Source: Candidatus Woesearchaeota archaeon | Lineage (GTDB): Archaea > Nanobdellota > Nanobdellia > Woesearchaeales > UBA11576 | Reading direction: 5' to 3' | Length of the DNA stretch: 64,000 nucleotides | NCBI GenBank assembly: GCA_016929255.1 | Contig: JAFGJH010000041.1 | Coordinates: 4,313-68,312, forward strand | Part shown: piece by piece, positions 18,857-27,049 of the stretch | Position numbering within the stretch: position 1 is the stretch's first letter | Layout: each line of letters opens with the position of its first letter | The notes under the pieces: model-generated | Told to the model about the DNA's origin: nothing | The model's input: the letters and a program-made list of their open reading frames with translations, nothing else | Databases searched by the model: none | Program-made: the position numbers and the translations under genes

Positions 18857-19942
18857 ATGACCATCATGGATGTCGAAGAAAGACTCAACCTCATCCGCCA
18901 GGTCGGTGAGGAGATAATAGGCGAAGACGAGCTGCTGGAGATGCTCGCATCAGGCAGGAAGCTCATAGCCTATGACGGCTTCGAGCCATCAGGGAAGATA
19001 CACATAGCACAGGGCATACTCAGGGCAATAAATGTCAACAAGATGACCAAGGCAGGCGTGCATTTCAAGTTCTGGGTCGCAGACTGGTTCGCGCTGATGA
19101 ACAACAAGATGGGCGGGGACCTGGACAGGATAAAGACGGTCGGCAAGTACTTCATAGAGGTGTGGAAAGCCTCAGGCATGGACATGAAGGAAGTGGAGTT
19201 CCTCTGGGCAAGCGACGTCATGAACGACACCCAATACTGGCTCAAGGTCATCAACATCGGCCGCATCAACACCGTGACGCGCATAACAAGGTGCGCACAG
19301 ATAATGGGAAGGAGCGAGAAAGACACGCTGTCTGCAGCGCAGATATTCTACCCGTGCATGCAATGCGCAGACATATTCCATCTCGAGGCAGACATCACCC
19401 AGTTAGGCATGGACCAGCGCAAGGTCAACGTGCTCGCACGAGAGGTCGCGCCCAAACTCGGCTTCAAGAAGCCAGTAGTTGTCTCACACCACATGCTCAT
19501 GGGCCTCGGAGAGCCGCCAAAGACAGAGCTGACAGGAGCTGACGCGGCGATAGCAAAGAAGATGTCCAAGTCAAACCCTGACTCAGCCATATTCATGACA
19601 GACACGACAGATGAGATAAACAGGAAGATAAAGAAGGCATACTGCCCTGAGAAGATAACAGAGGACAATCCAATCATGGAATACTGCAGATACATCATAT
19701 TCGAGAGGTTCCCGATAATCGAGATAAAGAGGCCTGAGAAGTTCGGCGGAAACCTTGAGATACACGGCTACGACGAGCTGGTAAAGCTCTACACGTCAGG
19801 GAAACTGCACCCCCTTGACCTCAAGCAGGCGGTCGCGCACTACATCGACGAGATGCTGAATCCTGTGAGAGAACACTTCGCAAAGGACAAGAAGGCCAAA
19901 GAGCTATTCGAGAAGGTGCAGAGCTTCGAAGTGACAAGATAA
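18857..19942 (+). CDS. tyrS: tyrosyl-tRNA synthetase (archaeal/eukaryotic type)
   Basis: YDGFEPSGKIHIAQG (HIGH-like), KMSKS, and YPCMQCADIFHL... resembling M. jannaschii TyrRS. ATG at 18857 or 18866, inside ORF 18800-19942. Confidence 0.85.
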   Translation: MTIMDVEERLNLIRQVGEEIIGEDELLEMLASGRKLIAYDGFEPSGKIHIAQGILRAINVNKMTKAGVHFKFWVADWFALMNNKMGGDLDRIKTVGKYFIEVWKASGMDMKEVEFLWASDVMNDTQYWLKVINIGRINTVTRITRCAQIMGRSEKDTLSAAQIFYPCMQCADIFHLEADITQLGMDQRKVNVLAREVAPKLGFKKPVVVSHHMLMGLGEPPKTELTGADAAIAKKMSKSNPDSAIFMTDTTDEINRKIKKAYCPEKITEDNPIMEYCRYIIFERFPIIEIKRPEKFGGNLEIHGYDELVKLYTSGKLHPLDLKQAVAHYIDEMLNPVREHFAKDKKAKELFEKVQSFEVTR

Positions 19943-19956
19943 CAAGAGTCTATTCT

Positions 19957-21159
19957 TCACTTCCCTATAATCACCATAGTGTAGTTCCTGTGGAGGAACC
20001 TGTCCCTGACCCTCAGGATGTCATCCTTCGTCACTTCCCTTATGTTCTTGATGTACTGGTCAGCAAGCTTAGCATCCCTGATGAACTCCCAGAAAGCCAG
20101 TTCGTTAGCCCTCCTCTGAGAATCCTCATTGTCCACAAGAATCTTCCCGATGATATGCTCCCTTGCCTCGTTCAGCTCCTTCTTTTCTATGTTGTCGAGC
20201 TTCCTGATCTCGTCAAGGATCAGGCTCTTGCACAGCTCCACGTTCTTCTTGTCGCAGTTGAAGTAAGTCGCGAAGAAACCATATGTCTTCTTGCACTCAT
20301 GCGTCGTGCCAACGGAATAAGCCAGGCCGCGCTTAACCCTGACCTCCTCACTGACCCTGCCTGAAAGACCCTTTGAGAATATGGCCGATATGACATCCAG
20401 GACAAAACTGTCCTTGTGCGTTCGGGGGACCGTCTTGTATCCGATGACAGTATAATCCTGCTTGACCTTCCTCCTTTCCTTCCTGATCCTCTGCCGTGTC
20501 TCCTTGGGCTCATCCACCCTCTTGGAAAGAGGAATCTTCCCTGGCTCAAGATCACCGAAAACCGCCTCCACCTTCCTCGACAGCCAGTTCACGTTACCCA
20601 CGACAGACACTATCATGTTGTTAGGGATGTACCACTTCCTGTAATAGTCCACCATCTGCTTATGGGTGATGGACCTCACAGAATCTACACGGCCATACAC
20701 AGGATTCCTTGTCGGGTGCCTCCTAAAGATGCTCTTCTCGAAAAGTATCCACTGATAGAACATCGGCTGGTCATTAACCATCTTGATCTCCTCAAGGATG
20801 ACTTTCCTCTCCTTCTCCATGCTCTGATGGTCGAACTTGGGGTTCTTCATGATGTCCGCAAGTATCTTGAGGCCGAGATCAAACTTCCCACGCGGGACTT
20901 TCACATAGAAGTATGTCCTTTCATTGGATGTGGCTGCGTTTATCTCACCGCCCACATTCTCAATCGTCTCGCTGATCTCCTTGGCGGAACGGGTCTTCGT
21001 CCCCTCAAACACCATGTGCTCAAGAAAATGGGAAATGCCGGCGATGTTCCTCGGCTCATTGTTAGAGCCGGTCCCGACACACACCTCGATGGCGACAGAT
21101 TCGGACCTTCTCGGCTCCCACAGCACAGTCAACCCGTTTTTCAGCTTGAATTTCCGCAT
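19957..21159 (-). CDS. M16-family (pitrilysin/insulinase-like) zinc peptidase
   Basis: 400-aa ORF with the inverted zinc motif HFLEHMVFEGT (HxxEH) near the N-terminus. Confidence 0.85.
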   Translation of the reverse strand: MRKFKLKNGLTVLWEPRRSESVAIEVCVGTGSNNEPRNIAGISHFLEHMVFEGTKTRSAKEISETIENVGGEINAATSNERTYFYVKVPRGKFDLGLKILADIMKNPKFDHQSMEKERKVILEEIKMVNDQPMFYQWILFEKSIFRRHPTRNPVYGRVDSVRSITHKQMVDYYRKWYIPNNMIVSVVGNVNWLSRKVEAVFGDLEPGKIPLSKRVDEPKETRQRIRKERRKVKQDYTVIGYKTVPRTHKDSFVLDVISAIFSKGLSGRVSEEVRVKRGLAYSVGTTHECKKTYGFFATYFNCDKKNVELCKSLILDEIRKLDNIEKKELNEAREHIIGKILVDNEDSQRRANELAFWEFIRDAKLADQYIKNIREVTKDDILRVRDRFLHRNYTMVIIGK

Positions 21160-21171
21160 GGTGAGGGAAAT

Positions 21172-21183
21172 AATTATAAATAG
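21172..21183 (+). promoter_or_regulatory. TATA-like box for the M24 peptidase gene
   Basis: AATTATAAATAG lies ~25-30 nt upstream of the in-frame GTG at 21206, which suggests a leaderless transcript. Confidence 0.45.
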
Positions 21184-21205
21184 TATTAAAACTTATCTAA
21201 AACCA

Positions 21206-22279
21206 GTGAGACTCAAAGAATTCCAAAGACTGCTGGCCAAGAACAAGATAGGCCTTGCGCTGTTCTTCAGCCTCGACGGAGACAACGCAGACCCAAACCT
21301 TGTCTATTTCACCCAGTACACTGGCTTCGGAGCTCTTGCAATCACTCCGAAGAATGCCTTCCTTCTGGTCCCTGCCCTCGAAGCGGCCCGGGCAAGGAAG
21401 TCCCGCATGGTCCGCGTAGTGGTCGCCAAAGGCAGGCTGATAAAATCACTCAAAAAAGAGCTAAAGTCCAGGCCGAAAAAGACAGGCATAGACAAGAACA
21501 GGCTGAGCATCAACTTCTACAAGGCGCTCCACAAAGAGATAAAGTCCAGCTATGTCGACATCTCAGGCATGTGCCTCAGGCTTAGGGCCACAAAGACGCC
21601 CAAAGAGATAAGCATAATCCGCAAAGCATGCCATACAGCAGACGAGATAATGCACAAGACCTTCTGGAAATTCAAGAGCTTCAGGACAGAGACAGACATC
21701 TCAGCATTCATGATCAACGAGGTCAACAAGAGAGGCATCAGGCTCGCGTTCAACCCTATCGTGGCATCGGGCAGGAACGCCTGCGAAGCACACCACGAAC
21801 CCCTGAACAAGAAACTCAACAAGGGATTCTGCGTCATAGACTTCGGGGTCAGGAACCAAGGATACTGCTCAGACATGACGAGGACAGTCTACATCGGGAC
21901 GCCGACAAAGAAAGAGGTCGAGCTGTACTATAAAGTTCTCGATGTCCAGACAAGGCTCATAGACGAGTGCGCGCCAGGCAAAAGCTTCATCGCGATAGAC
22001 AGGAAGGCGCACAAGCTGTTCGGGAAGCACGAAAAGAACTTCACGCACCTAATAGGCCATGGCGTCGGTCTCGAGATACATGAGAACCCGAACCCAAAGG
22101 CCACCAAAAGAAGGCCTGTAACAAAGCTCACAGAGAACAGCGTGATAACCATAGAACCAGGGCTCTACTACCGCAATAAGCTGGGAATAAGGATAGAGGA
22201 TGACATACTCGTGACATCAAAAGGGCCTGAAATCCTGACAAAGACAGGAAAAAACCTTCTGATAATAAGGAAAAAATAA
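21206..22279 (+). CDS. M24-family Xaa-Pro peptidase
   Basis: ORF 20924-22279 overlaps the M16 gene upstream, so it is trimmed to GTG 21206. Motifs DFGVRNQGYCSDMTRT, HGVGLEIHE, EPGLY, IRIEDDILV. Confidence 0.85.
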   Translation: MRLKEFQRLLAKNKIGLALFFSLDGDNADPNLVYFTQYTGFGALAITPKNAFLLVPALEAARARKSRMVRVVVAKGRLIKSLKKELKSRPKKTGIDKNRLSINFYKALHKEIKSSYVDISGMCLRLRATKTPKEISIIRKACHTADEIMHKTFWKFKSFRTETDISAFMINEVNKRGIRLAFNPIVASGRNACEAHHEPLNKKLNKGFCVIDFGVRNQGYCSDMTRTVYIGTPTKKEVELYYKVLDVQTRLIDECAPGKSFIAIDRKAHKLFGKHEKNFTHLIGHGVGLEIHENPNPKATKRRPVTKLTENSVITIEPGLYYRNKLGIRIEDDILVTSKGPEILTKTGKNLLIIRKK

Positions 22280-22304
22280 GGCAGAAATCTATTTGTCCAG
22301 CCCA

Positions 22305-22545
22305 ATCAGGGCAGCACAGCCAGGCTGCCAGTGGCGGCTGCTACGCTGCTATAGGCCATGTTGGTCGCTATCTTAGCAGCTTTCCTTCTGTTGCTGCGCA
22401 GACACCAAATAATAATAAAAAGTGCAAACCATTCCGATTCTTTGGTCTGATGACACGCAAAGAGCGGTAGTTCAGGCTTTGCATGAACATTGCAACCGTA
22501 GGTTGCTTTGGCAGCCACCATACAAGAAGAGGCGGCAGTGCTGCC
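22305..22545. repeat. single diverged copy of the 15664-15955 repeat unit plus extra hairpin motifs
   Basis: 22337-22468 aligns with unit 2 of the array (..ACGCTGCTAT.GG.CATGTTGGT.GCTATCTT.. and ..AAAAGTGCAA.CCATT.CGATTCTTTGGTCTGA.GACACGCAAAGAGCGGT). Inverted repeats GGCAGC..GCTGCC (22310-22329) and GGCAGTGCTGCC (22534-22545). It lies between convergent gene ends. Confidence 0.8.
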
Positions 22546-22580
22546 AATAACGGCCCAACAAGCACGAAAAAATCAAGAAA

Positions 22581-23669
22581 TCATATCAAGAACTTGCCAT
22601 CCTTCTGGATGACCTTGCCGTCCACGATTATCTTCCCGCCGCCTGCCTTCGGCCTGAGGTCCTTGACTATATCCCAATGCAAAGCAGACTTATTGCCCTG
22701 AGAAGGGTTCTTCCTGTAGCATTCAGGGTAGGCCATGCCAAGAGCAAGGTGGATGGTTCCACCTATCTTCTCATCGAAAAGCAGGTTCTTTGTGTACTTT
22801 GTTATGTTATAGTTGACGCCTATTCCAAGCTCCCCCAGGTATGATGCTCCAGGGTCAGTCTTCAGCATTGTCTTCAGGAACTTCTCATTCTTCGTGGCGG
22901 TGGCCTTAACGACCTTTCCCTTCCTGAACTCAAGCCTGATCCCGTCAACCTCATTGCTCCCCCTTATCGCAGGGTAAGAGAACTCGATATGACCGTTGAC
23001 ATTGTATTTTTCAGGAGCTGTGAAGACCTCGCCATCAGGGATATTCTTATCCCCCTGCCGGTCGATAGCGTTCATACCCCTGACACTCAATGTGATGTCC
23101 GTGTTCCTGCCTACAATCCGCACCTCACTGGCCCTGTCTATTATATCCTTTATCTTCGCATACTTCCTCTGAAGCGCATTGTAGTCTATGTTGCAGGCAT
23201 TGAAGAACCAGTCAGTATACTCCTCCAAAGACATCTCAGCCTCCATCGCCAAGGCATTCGTCGGGTAGTCACAGCCGACCCACCTCTTCTTCATCCTGAC
23301 CTTTGAGATGGGATCGACAGTCTTGCTGCGGATGGACATCCTCTTTGGGTCTATGCCGCTCAGCTCCCTTGTGTTGGTCGTCCCCCAGATACCGATGAAG
23401 ACATCAGCGTTCTTCGACTCGAACATCGCGACATCAGGGAACTTCTTCAGCTGCTCAAGAGACGCATTCTTGTAATAGATGTGAGTCAGCCCCGGAAGGC
23501 TCGCGTGAACAGCAGGATATGCTCCCTTCTTCAGGCAAAGCCGGTATACCTCTATGATGAGGGGCTCGGCAACAACATCGCCGCTGATGACGACCTTATC
23601 ACCCTTCTTCACCCTTGTGGAATGCTCCACCAGAATCTTCGCCAGCTTATTTATCCTTTCGTCAACCAT
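22581..23669 (-). CDS. M29-family (PepS/AmpS-like) aminopeptidase
   Basis: The ORF is trimmed to ATG 23669 (MVDERINKLAKILVEHSTRVKKGDKVVI...). The length (~362 aa) and C-terminal GGTIHLALGMAY pattern fit thermophilic metalloprotease M29. Confidence 0.7.
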   Translation of the reverse strand: MVDERINKLAKILVEHSTRVKKGDKVVISGDVVAEPLIIEVYRLCLKKGAYPAVHASLPGLTHIYYKNASLEQLKKFPDVAMFESKNADVFIGIWGTTNTRELSGIDPKRMSIRSKTVDPISKVRMKKRWVGCDYPTNALAMEAEMSLEEYTDWFFNACNIDYNALQRKYAKIKDIIDRASEVRIVGRNTDITLSVRGMNAIDRQGDKNIPDGEVFTAPEKYNVNGHIEFSYPAIRGSNEVDGIRLEFRKGKVVKATATKNEKFLKTMLKTDPGASYLGELGIGVNYNITKYTKNLLFDEKIGGTIHLALGMAYPECYRKNPSQGNKSALHWDIVKDLRPKAGGGKIIVDGKVIQKDGKFLI

Positions 23670-23786
23670 GGCGAAAAAACCATTGAGTCGGAAATATATA
23701 AATGTTGCCATCCGCCAGGCACCGGTGAAGAGCCAATCAGGGAAAGAATCAGAGACAAGACTCCAGCGACAATAAAAAGCAAAATG

Positions 23787-23794
23787 TTTAAATA
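23787..23794 (+). promoter_or_regulatory. TATA-like box for pan
   Basis: TTTAAATA lies 26-33 nt upstream of ATG 23820. Confidence 0.45.
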
Positions 23795-23819
23795 CACCAG
23801 AGGATTTTTTGGAGTCACT

Positions 23820-24998
23820 ATGGCGCCCAAATCCACACCAGGATCAACACAGGTAGAGCAGAGGGAAAAGGAGATACTCAGCAGCATAGTGGCAGGATAC
23901 GCGACAGACATACAGACACTTGAAGACGAGAACAGGCTCCTTAAAGAGACAGTCAACCACCTCAAGAGGGAGATGGAGAAATTCCAGCAGCCGCCGCTAC
24001 TGGTGGCTGAGATCAAGGACCTCATCGATGGGATGGTCCTGCTGAGGCTCAACAACGGAAACGAGTTCTATGTCGGAGTGTCGGATAAAATCAATGATAT
24101 CGCTCCCGGAGACTCGGTCCTTGTGGAGCAGAAGAACCTCACAGTGCTTAGGAAGATACCCCTATCCAAATCCTTCAATGTCGAGAAGTTTGTCATAGTG
24201 GAGAAGCCGCAGATATCCTGGGAACAGGTCGGAGGGCTTGCCAAGCAGGCAGAAGAGATAAAAGAAGTCATAGAGCTGCCTCTCAAGAAGCCGGAGCTAT
24301 TCAAGAGGGTGGGCATACAGCCGCCGAAAGGAATACTCCTGTACGGGCCTCCCGGAACAGGCAAGACACTCCTTGCAAAAGCAGTTGCCTCCGCCACAGA
24401 CAGCTGCTTCATAGAAGTGGTGGGCTCAGAGCTCGTCCAGAAATTCATAGGAGAGGGCGCAAAGCTCATCAAGGAGATATTCCAGCTGGCAAGGGAGAAG
24501 GCGCCGACAATCATATTCATAGACGAGCTTGACGCTCTAGCAGCAAAGAGGATAGACATAGGCACTTCAGGCGAAAGAGAGGTCCAGAGGACATTCATGC
24601 AGCTCCTCGCAGAGATAGACGGGTTCAAGCCCCTCGGCAACGTGAAGATAGTGGGCTGCACAAACAGGAAAGACATACTAGACCCTGCAGTTCTGAGGCC
24701 CGGAAGGCTGGACAGGCTGATAAACATACCGACGCCAGACACCGACGGCATAAAGGAGATATTCAGTATACACACCAAGAGCATGCAGCTGGAAAAGAAG
24801 ACCAACATCGACAGGATATGCAAGGCAATGAACGGGTTCTCAGGAGCGGAGATAAAGGCAGTCTGCACAGAAGCAGGATACTTCGCGATAAGAAAGAACC
24901 GCTACAAGGTCAACGAGAAAGACTTCATGCAGGCTGTCCTGAAGGTCAAGCAGGAAGAGAAGTCAGAGGGAGAAGACTTCATGCGAATGTTCGGCTGA
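23820..24998 (+). CDS. pan: proteasome-activating nucleotidase (AAA+ ATPase)
   Basis: N-terminal coiled coil (LEDENRLLKETVNHLKREMEKF), Walker A GPPGTGKTLLAKAVA, Walker B IIFIDELDA. ATG 23820 lies inside ORF 23481-24998, whose 5' part is antisense to the M29 gene. Confidence 0.9.
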   Translation: MAPKSTPGSTQVEQREKEILSSIVAGYATDIQTLEDENRLLKETVNHLKREMEKFQQPPLLVAEIKDLIDGMVLLRLNNGNEFYVGVSDKINDIAPGDSVLVEQKNLTVLRKIPLSKSFNVEKFVIVEKPQISWEQVGGLAKQAEEIKEVIELPLKKPELFKRVGIQPPKGILLYGPPGTGKTLLAKAVASATDSCFIEVVGSELVQKFIGEGAKLIKEIFQLAREKAPTIIFIDELDALAAKRIDIGTSGEREVQRTFMQLLAEIDGFKPLGNVKIVGCTNRKDILDPAVLRPGRLDRLINIPTPDTDGIKEIFSIHTKSMQLEKKTNIDRICKAMNGFSGAEIKAVCTEAGYFAIRKNRYKVNEKDFMQAVLKVKQEEKSEGEDFMRMFG

Positions 24999-25013
24999 TT
25001 CTGCCGATAATCA

Positions 25014-25190
25014 TCATTCTTTTTTCTGCAGTTCCTTGTTCTTCTTGACAAACTCCTTCATGTGGTTCTCGATGCTCTTCGAGCGTATTATGCCAAGATC
25101 ATCGCATAGCTGGGAGAACTCAGAGTAGACAGACTCTTCTATAAGGAAATTATACCTGCCCTTCTTTCTCTTCTTCCTGCTGTTGTTCAT
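25014..25190 (-). CDS. 58-aa ribbon-helix-helix (CopG/Arc-like) DNA-binding protein, absent from the supplied ORF track
   Basis: My own translation: MNNSRKKRKKGRYNFLIEESVYSEFSQLCDDLGIIRSKSIENHMKEFVKKNKELQKKE. It reads as a basic arm, a beta-strand (YNFLIEESVY) and two helices. Its ATG (25188-25190) overlaps the TGA (25187-25189) of the upstream 625-aa gene in an ATGA arrangement. Confidence 0.7.
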   Translation of the reverse strand: MNNSRKKRKKGRYNFLIEESVYSEFSQLCDDLGIIRSKSIENHMKEFVKKNKELQKKE

Positions 25191-27049
25191 CTCTTAATTC
25201 CCTTGATTTTCTTAACTTTCCTGACTCTTTTGGCTCTCTCGACTTTCCTTACTTTTTTGACATTCCCTGTTTTCTTGACTCTCTTAACTTTCTTCATGCT
25301 CTTGACAGGCACTTCGTGCTCTGCGGGCTTTTCTGGCAACGTCTCCACTGTCCGCAGTTCCTCCGGGTGATATCTGCGATATCTGGATGCAAGCATGGCT
25401 ATTGACGCGAGCACGGCAAGCAAGACCAGGACAACCACCAAGACCTTCAGCCAGCCAGGCTGAGCAGGCCTTTCCGCAACCGGACCGAGCGCCTTCTCCA
25501 TTTCCTCTGCACTGGCATCGGTCTTCCTGCGCAGCTGCTCTTCCATGTCCGCAGCAGTCTCATCACCAACAATGACAGTCACCTTCCTGAAATGCGTGAT
25601 GTCCGGTTTCCGCGTAGGGACCGGCTCTGTGACATTCTCGGGCTCTATCGGAGACCTGACCCTGACAGCGAAGACAGAGAAGCCCGGCGACTCTGCCTCA
25701 TAGAAGAAACTCTCCCTATCCTCACCGGCCAGCTTCGTGTCCAGGTCAGACCAGACACCATCATGGTATCTTGTCACCACAATATCACCTGGAGACGCAT
25801 TCTTGAGATCCATCCATTCCTTGCTGACAGCAACCTCAATGACTGCACGGTCCACAGACAAATCATACAGGTTTGATGTGCTCACCTCAAAATACCAGTA
25901 TACATCGGGCAGATCCTTTCTTATGCTGACAGGCCTCTCTGAAAGAGGCGTAATGCGCACTTCCGCCCCATCAACAAAAGAGTTCAGCATGAGCCTAATT
26001 CCCTTGACGATGCTTTCTGCCATTGTCGGGCGCAGAACATATTCCTTGTGCGGCTCGAAGCTGCTTATAATGAAAGTCACCACGTTGTCGATAGTCCTGG
26101 CGAAGTAAGGCAGACCGCCCCCGCCCCCACCACCCGGAGGGCTGGGAGGGACGACCTTCACCAATCCAGGAAGCATCACGATGATCCTGGCCACTGACCC
26201 CTGACTCGGATTGTAGTCACTGTCAACACCAGCAATCTCGGTGACAGTGATCTTCTCCACAGTATTGTTGTAAGTGTAATCAGGAGGGATGACAAAATCA
26301 AGATAAATCTCTTTCATCTTCGTGCTGCTGCCGAGCTCAATGACATTCCTGAGCCAGCCATTGGTCGACCATCCCGTCGTGCTGGACTGGACATCATCAA
26401 AGAATCCTATCTCAGGAATAGATATGTCATCGACAAGCCATCCGTGCTCGGCATAATAATCATCACTGACATACCAGAACCTAAGCAGGATGACATCACC
26501 TGCGTAATGAGTGAGGTCCATGGTCTCAGGTGTCCAGTCAGAGACAGAGCCAGTGTAAGCAGGCGCGCCGGGCACACCGATGTATGCTCCAGGATCCCTG
26601 TAAGCGGTGGTGGTCGTGCCTGCCAGCTGAGACCAGGTGCTGCCATTGTCCGTCGAGACCTCCACGTACCCGAAATCCCAGCCGTACTCCACACTGTACT
26701 TGGTGTTGAATTTAAGCGTCGCAGAGGAGACACCGGTCAGGTTGAACTCCCGCTGAAGATAGACATCGCTCTTGTCCAACCTTGTCGAGTACCAGTAATT
26801 GTCAAGCCTGAACGCTGCGTAAGGCGCGAGCGTACCGTCGACAGCGAGCGCAACAGAAAGGTCCTCATTCGCCCCGTTGACCAGGAAATACTTGATGCTG
26901 GAAAGCTGACCAGGAGTGTACCTAACCTCCTTCTCAAAAGTGCCCAGGCCAATGGCCGCGACGCAGCTCGCGCCGGCAAAAAGGAGCAACAGCGCTAATG
27001 CGATGCCTCCGAACAGCCTATGGTCCATCTGCTTAATAGTATGTCTCAT
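25187..27049 (-). CDS. surface protein: signal peptide, InhA-like MAM/jelly-roll domain, PGF-pre-PGF-like domain, C-terminal TM anchor and Lys/Arg-rich tail
   Basis: ORF 25187-27064 (TTG); ATGs at 27049 and 27028. ATLKFNTKYSVEYGWDFGYVEVSTDNGSTWSQL...VILLRFWYVSDDYYAEHGWLVDDISI resembles the accessory domain of M6/InhA peptidases. aa ~320-468 resemble archaeal PGF-pre-PGF domains. TM segment WLKVLVVVLVLLAVLASIAMLA. The tail is KKVKRVKKTGNVKKVRKVERAKRVRKVKKIKGIKR. Confidence 0.8.
   Translation of the reverse strand: MRHTIKQMDHRLFGGIALALLLLFAGASCVAAIGLGTFEKEVRYTPGQLSSIKYFLVNGANEDLSVALAVDGTLAPYAAFRLDNYWYSTRLDKSDVYLQREFNLTGVSSATLKFNTKYSVEYGWDFGYVEVSTDNGSTWSQLAGTTTTAYRDPGAYIGVPGAPAYTGSVSDWTPETMDLTHYAGDVILLRFWYVSDDYYAEHGWLVDDISIPEIGFFDDVQSSTTGWSTNGWLRNVIELGSSTKMKEIYLDFVIPPDYTYNNTVEKITVTEIAGVDSDYNPSQGSVARIIVMLPGLVKVVPPSPPGGGGGGGLPYFARTIDNVVTFIISSFEPHKEYVLRPTMAESIVKGIRLMLNSFVDGAEVRITPLSERPVSIRKDLPDVYWYFEVSTSNLYDLSVDRAVIEVAVSKEWMDLKNASPGDIVVTRYHDGVWSDLDTKLAGEDRESFFYEAESPGFSVFAVRVRSPIEPENVTEPVPTRKPDITHFRKVTVIVGDETAADMEEQLRRKTDASAEEMEKALGPVAERPAQPGWLKVLVVVLVLLAVLASIAMLASRYRRYHPEELRTVETLPEKPAEHEVPVKSMKKVKRVKKTGNVKKVRKVERAKRVRKVKKIKGIKR

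Noticed and set aside
24068-24868. 266-aa ORF antisense to pan. Similar long antisense or alternate-frame ORFs occur at 4560-5351, 20416-21183, 46542-47297, 50871-51695, 58459-59010 and 60448-60969.
   Set aside because: Each lies entirely inside a gene with strong motif support on the other strand or in another frame. Their translations are compositionally skewed (Ser/Leu/Pro/Arg-rich) and lack motifs.
23820-24998. PAN C-terminus ends ...RMFG rather than the canonical hydrophobic-Tyr-X (HbYX) proteasome-docking motif.
   Set aside because: Met-Phe-Gly could still act as an HbYX-like tail. Without the proteasome genes or an alignment, this is too weak to report as a finding.
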